Part shown: in pieces, positions 62,909 through 64,000 of the stretch
Layout: the number at the start of each line of letters is the position of its first letter
Position numbering within the stretch: position 1 is the stretch's first letter
Origin: an uncultured Acidimicrobiaceae bacterium
Lineage (GTDB): Bacteria > Actinomycetota > Acidimicrobiia > Acidimicrobiales > Bog-793
Length of the DNA: 64,000 nucleotides
Assembly: GCA_963719125.1 (NCBI GenBank)
Contig: CAVRAT010000015.1
Location: forward strand, 77,782-141,781
Direction of reading: 5' to 3'
Translations under genes and position numbers: made by a program
The notes under the pieces: model-generated
What the model saw: the letters and a program-made list of their open reading frames with translations, nothing else
What the model was told of the DNA's origin: nothing
Databases searched by the model: none

Positions 62909-64000
62909 ATGTTGAGCGTAGTGAACAACGACGAGGCCGGCGCGGAAGGTCGCTCGAACCTTGACGAGATCTGTCGCGAAGGTGCGAGGACGATGCTCGC
63001 CGCGGCCTTGGAGGCCGAGGTCGACGCCTATCTCGCCGAGCTCGTAGACGAGCGTGATGAGGACGGGCATCGCCTCGTGACGCGCAACGGCCACGCACGA
63101 CAGCGCAAGGTCCAGACCGTGGCCGGCGCGGTCGAGATCACAGCACCGAGGGTGAACGACAAGCGCGTGGACGAGGAAACCGGTGAGAAGGCCCAGTTCC
63201 GCTCCGTCATCATCCTGCCCTGGTGCCGGAGATCCCCGAAGGTCACCGAGGTCCTGCCGCTTTTGTACCTGCACGGACTCTCGACAGGGGACTTCGCCCC
63301 TGCCCTCGAGGGCTTCTTCGGTTCTGCAGCTGGGTTGTCGGCCTCTGTGATCACCCGGCTCACCACCGCTTGGCAGGACGAGCACCGTGCCTTCATGGCG
63401 CGCAACTTGGCGGACCGGGACTACGTGTACCTCTGGGCCGACGGGGTGCACTTCAACGTGCGACTCGAAGAGGAACGGCTGTGCTGTCTCGTGATCGTCG
63501 GTGTTCGCCTCGACGGCAAAAAGGAGCTCGTCGCGATCGCGGACGGCTACAGGGAGTCCACCGACTCCTGGGCGGCGTTGCTAAGAGACCTGCGCCACCG
63601 CGACATGCGCGCCCCGGTCGTCGCGGTCGGTGACGGTGCGCTCGGGTTCTGGGCAGCCCTTCGAGACGTGTTCCCCGAGACCAAAGAGCAGAGGTGTTGG
63701 GTGCATAAATCCGCGAACATCCTCGACGCCCTGCCCAAGTCCATCCAGCCGCTCGCTAAGACGATGCTCGCCGAGGTGAGAGACGCCGAAGACCGTGAGC
63801 ACGCCCGCGACGCCGCCAAGGCCTTCGACAACGAGTTCTGTGCCAAGTGGCCGAAGGCCGCCGAAAAGCTCCACGACGACCTCGGACCGCTGCTGTGCTT
63901 CTTCGACTTCCCGGCCGAGCACTGGGTGCACTTGAAGACCGCGAACCCGATCGAGTCGACCTTTTCGACCGTGAGGCTAAGGACGAAGGTGACCAAGGGC
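62909..64000 (+). CDS. IS256-family (Mutator-type) transposase, 3' partial (runs off window)
   Basis: My own translation from ATG 62909 is open to the window end: MLSVVNNDEAGAEGRSNLDEICREGARTMLAAALEAEVDAYL..LPLLYLHGLSTGDF..YLWADGVHFNVRLEE..CWVHKSANILDALPK..NPIESTFSTVRLRTKVTKG. Not in the supplied ORF track because it has no stop. Confidence 0.9.
   Translation, partial: MLSVVNNDEAGAEGRSNLDEICREGARTMLAAALEAEVDAYLAELVDERDEDGHRLVTRNGHARQRKVQTVAGAVEITAPRVNDKRVDEETGEKAQFRSVIILPWCRRSPKVTEVLPLLYLHGLSTGDFAPALEGFFGSAAGLSASVITRLTTAWQDEHRAFMARNLADRDYVYLWADGVHFNVRLEEERLCCLVIVGVRLDGKKELVAIADGYRESTDSWAALLRDLRHRDMRAPVVAVGDGALGFWAALRDVFPETKEQRCWVHKSANILDALPKSIQPLAKTMLAEVRDAEDREHARDAAKAFDNEFCAKWPKAAEKLHDDLGPLLCFFDFPAEHWVHLKTANPIESTFSTVRLRTKVTKG

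Noticed and set aside
62759-63451. 230-aa minus-strand ORF
   Set aside because: It is antisense to the IS256-family transposase, which I translated from 62909 to the window end. That transposase is missing from the ORF track only because it lacks a stop codon.
1-64000. tRNA, rRNA, tmRNA genes and known riboswitches
   Set aside because: A scan by eye for T-loop-like GGTTCGA(A/G)TCC contexts and for rRNA-like conserved blocks found nothing convincing. The GC-rich 220-bp leader at 27846-28063 has small hairpins (for example CCCTTCC-N10-GGAAGGG) but matches no riboswitch class I recognise.

Overview
High-GC (about 65-70% by eye) Actinomycetota-like chromosomal segment. It is a large cell-surface glycan or glycoconjugate biosynthesis region that mobile DNA has cut into pieces. 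The biosynthetic content is: at least 9 glycosyltransferase-type genes, 3 Wzx/MOP flippases, a polyprenyl-phosphate phosphoglycosyltransferase, a Wzy_C (O-antigen-ligase-like) protein, a DegT-type sugar aminotransferase plus a NeuD/PglD-type acetyltransferase, a nucleotide-sugar dehydrogenase, a GDP-mannose-3,5-epimerase-like enzyme, 2 SAM methyltransferases, a GH16 hydrolase, a GT-C-like membrane protein, 3 FemAB/CelD-like GNATs, 2 ATP-grasp ligase paralogs (one dead), a large flavoprotein and an FrhB-like Fe-S protein. Positions 3218-16156 are a single IS21-family element with an intact 5-bp target duplication. Three secondary insertions split its istA/istB genes: a 2.8-kb large-serine-recombinase (LSR) element, an IS1634-family IS that itself carries an ISL3 element with a passenger gene, and a 3.45-kb recombinase-in-trio (RIT) element. 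Positions 16.2-19.3 kb and 23.1-26.1 kb are graveyards of transposase and recombinase fragments, including a probable group II intron 5' fragment and a second, decayed DUF5372-LSR element. Further IS lie at 53.1-54.9 kb (IS1634 family), 62.1-62.6 kb (IS630 remnant) and 62.9 to beyond 64.0 kb (IS256 family, runs off the window). A core-gene block (UdgB-like glycosylase, a conserved actinobacterial phosphatase/DUF3090/SCO1664 trio, a GGDEF cyclase) sits at 42.4-46.2 kb inside the glycan region. The three most interesting leads are: (1) a type IV pilin gene directly downstream of the Wzy_C protein and divergent from a PGT-Wzx-GT operon, a candidate pilin/protein O-glycosylation system; (2) the ATP-grasp/GNAT/flavoprotein/FrhB-like module, which may add amino-acid decoration to the glycan; (3) the DUF5372-LSR elements that have inserted into other transposase genes. 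No rRNA, tRNA or CRISPR array was recognised. All family calls come from reading the translations by eye; no searches were run.
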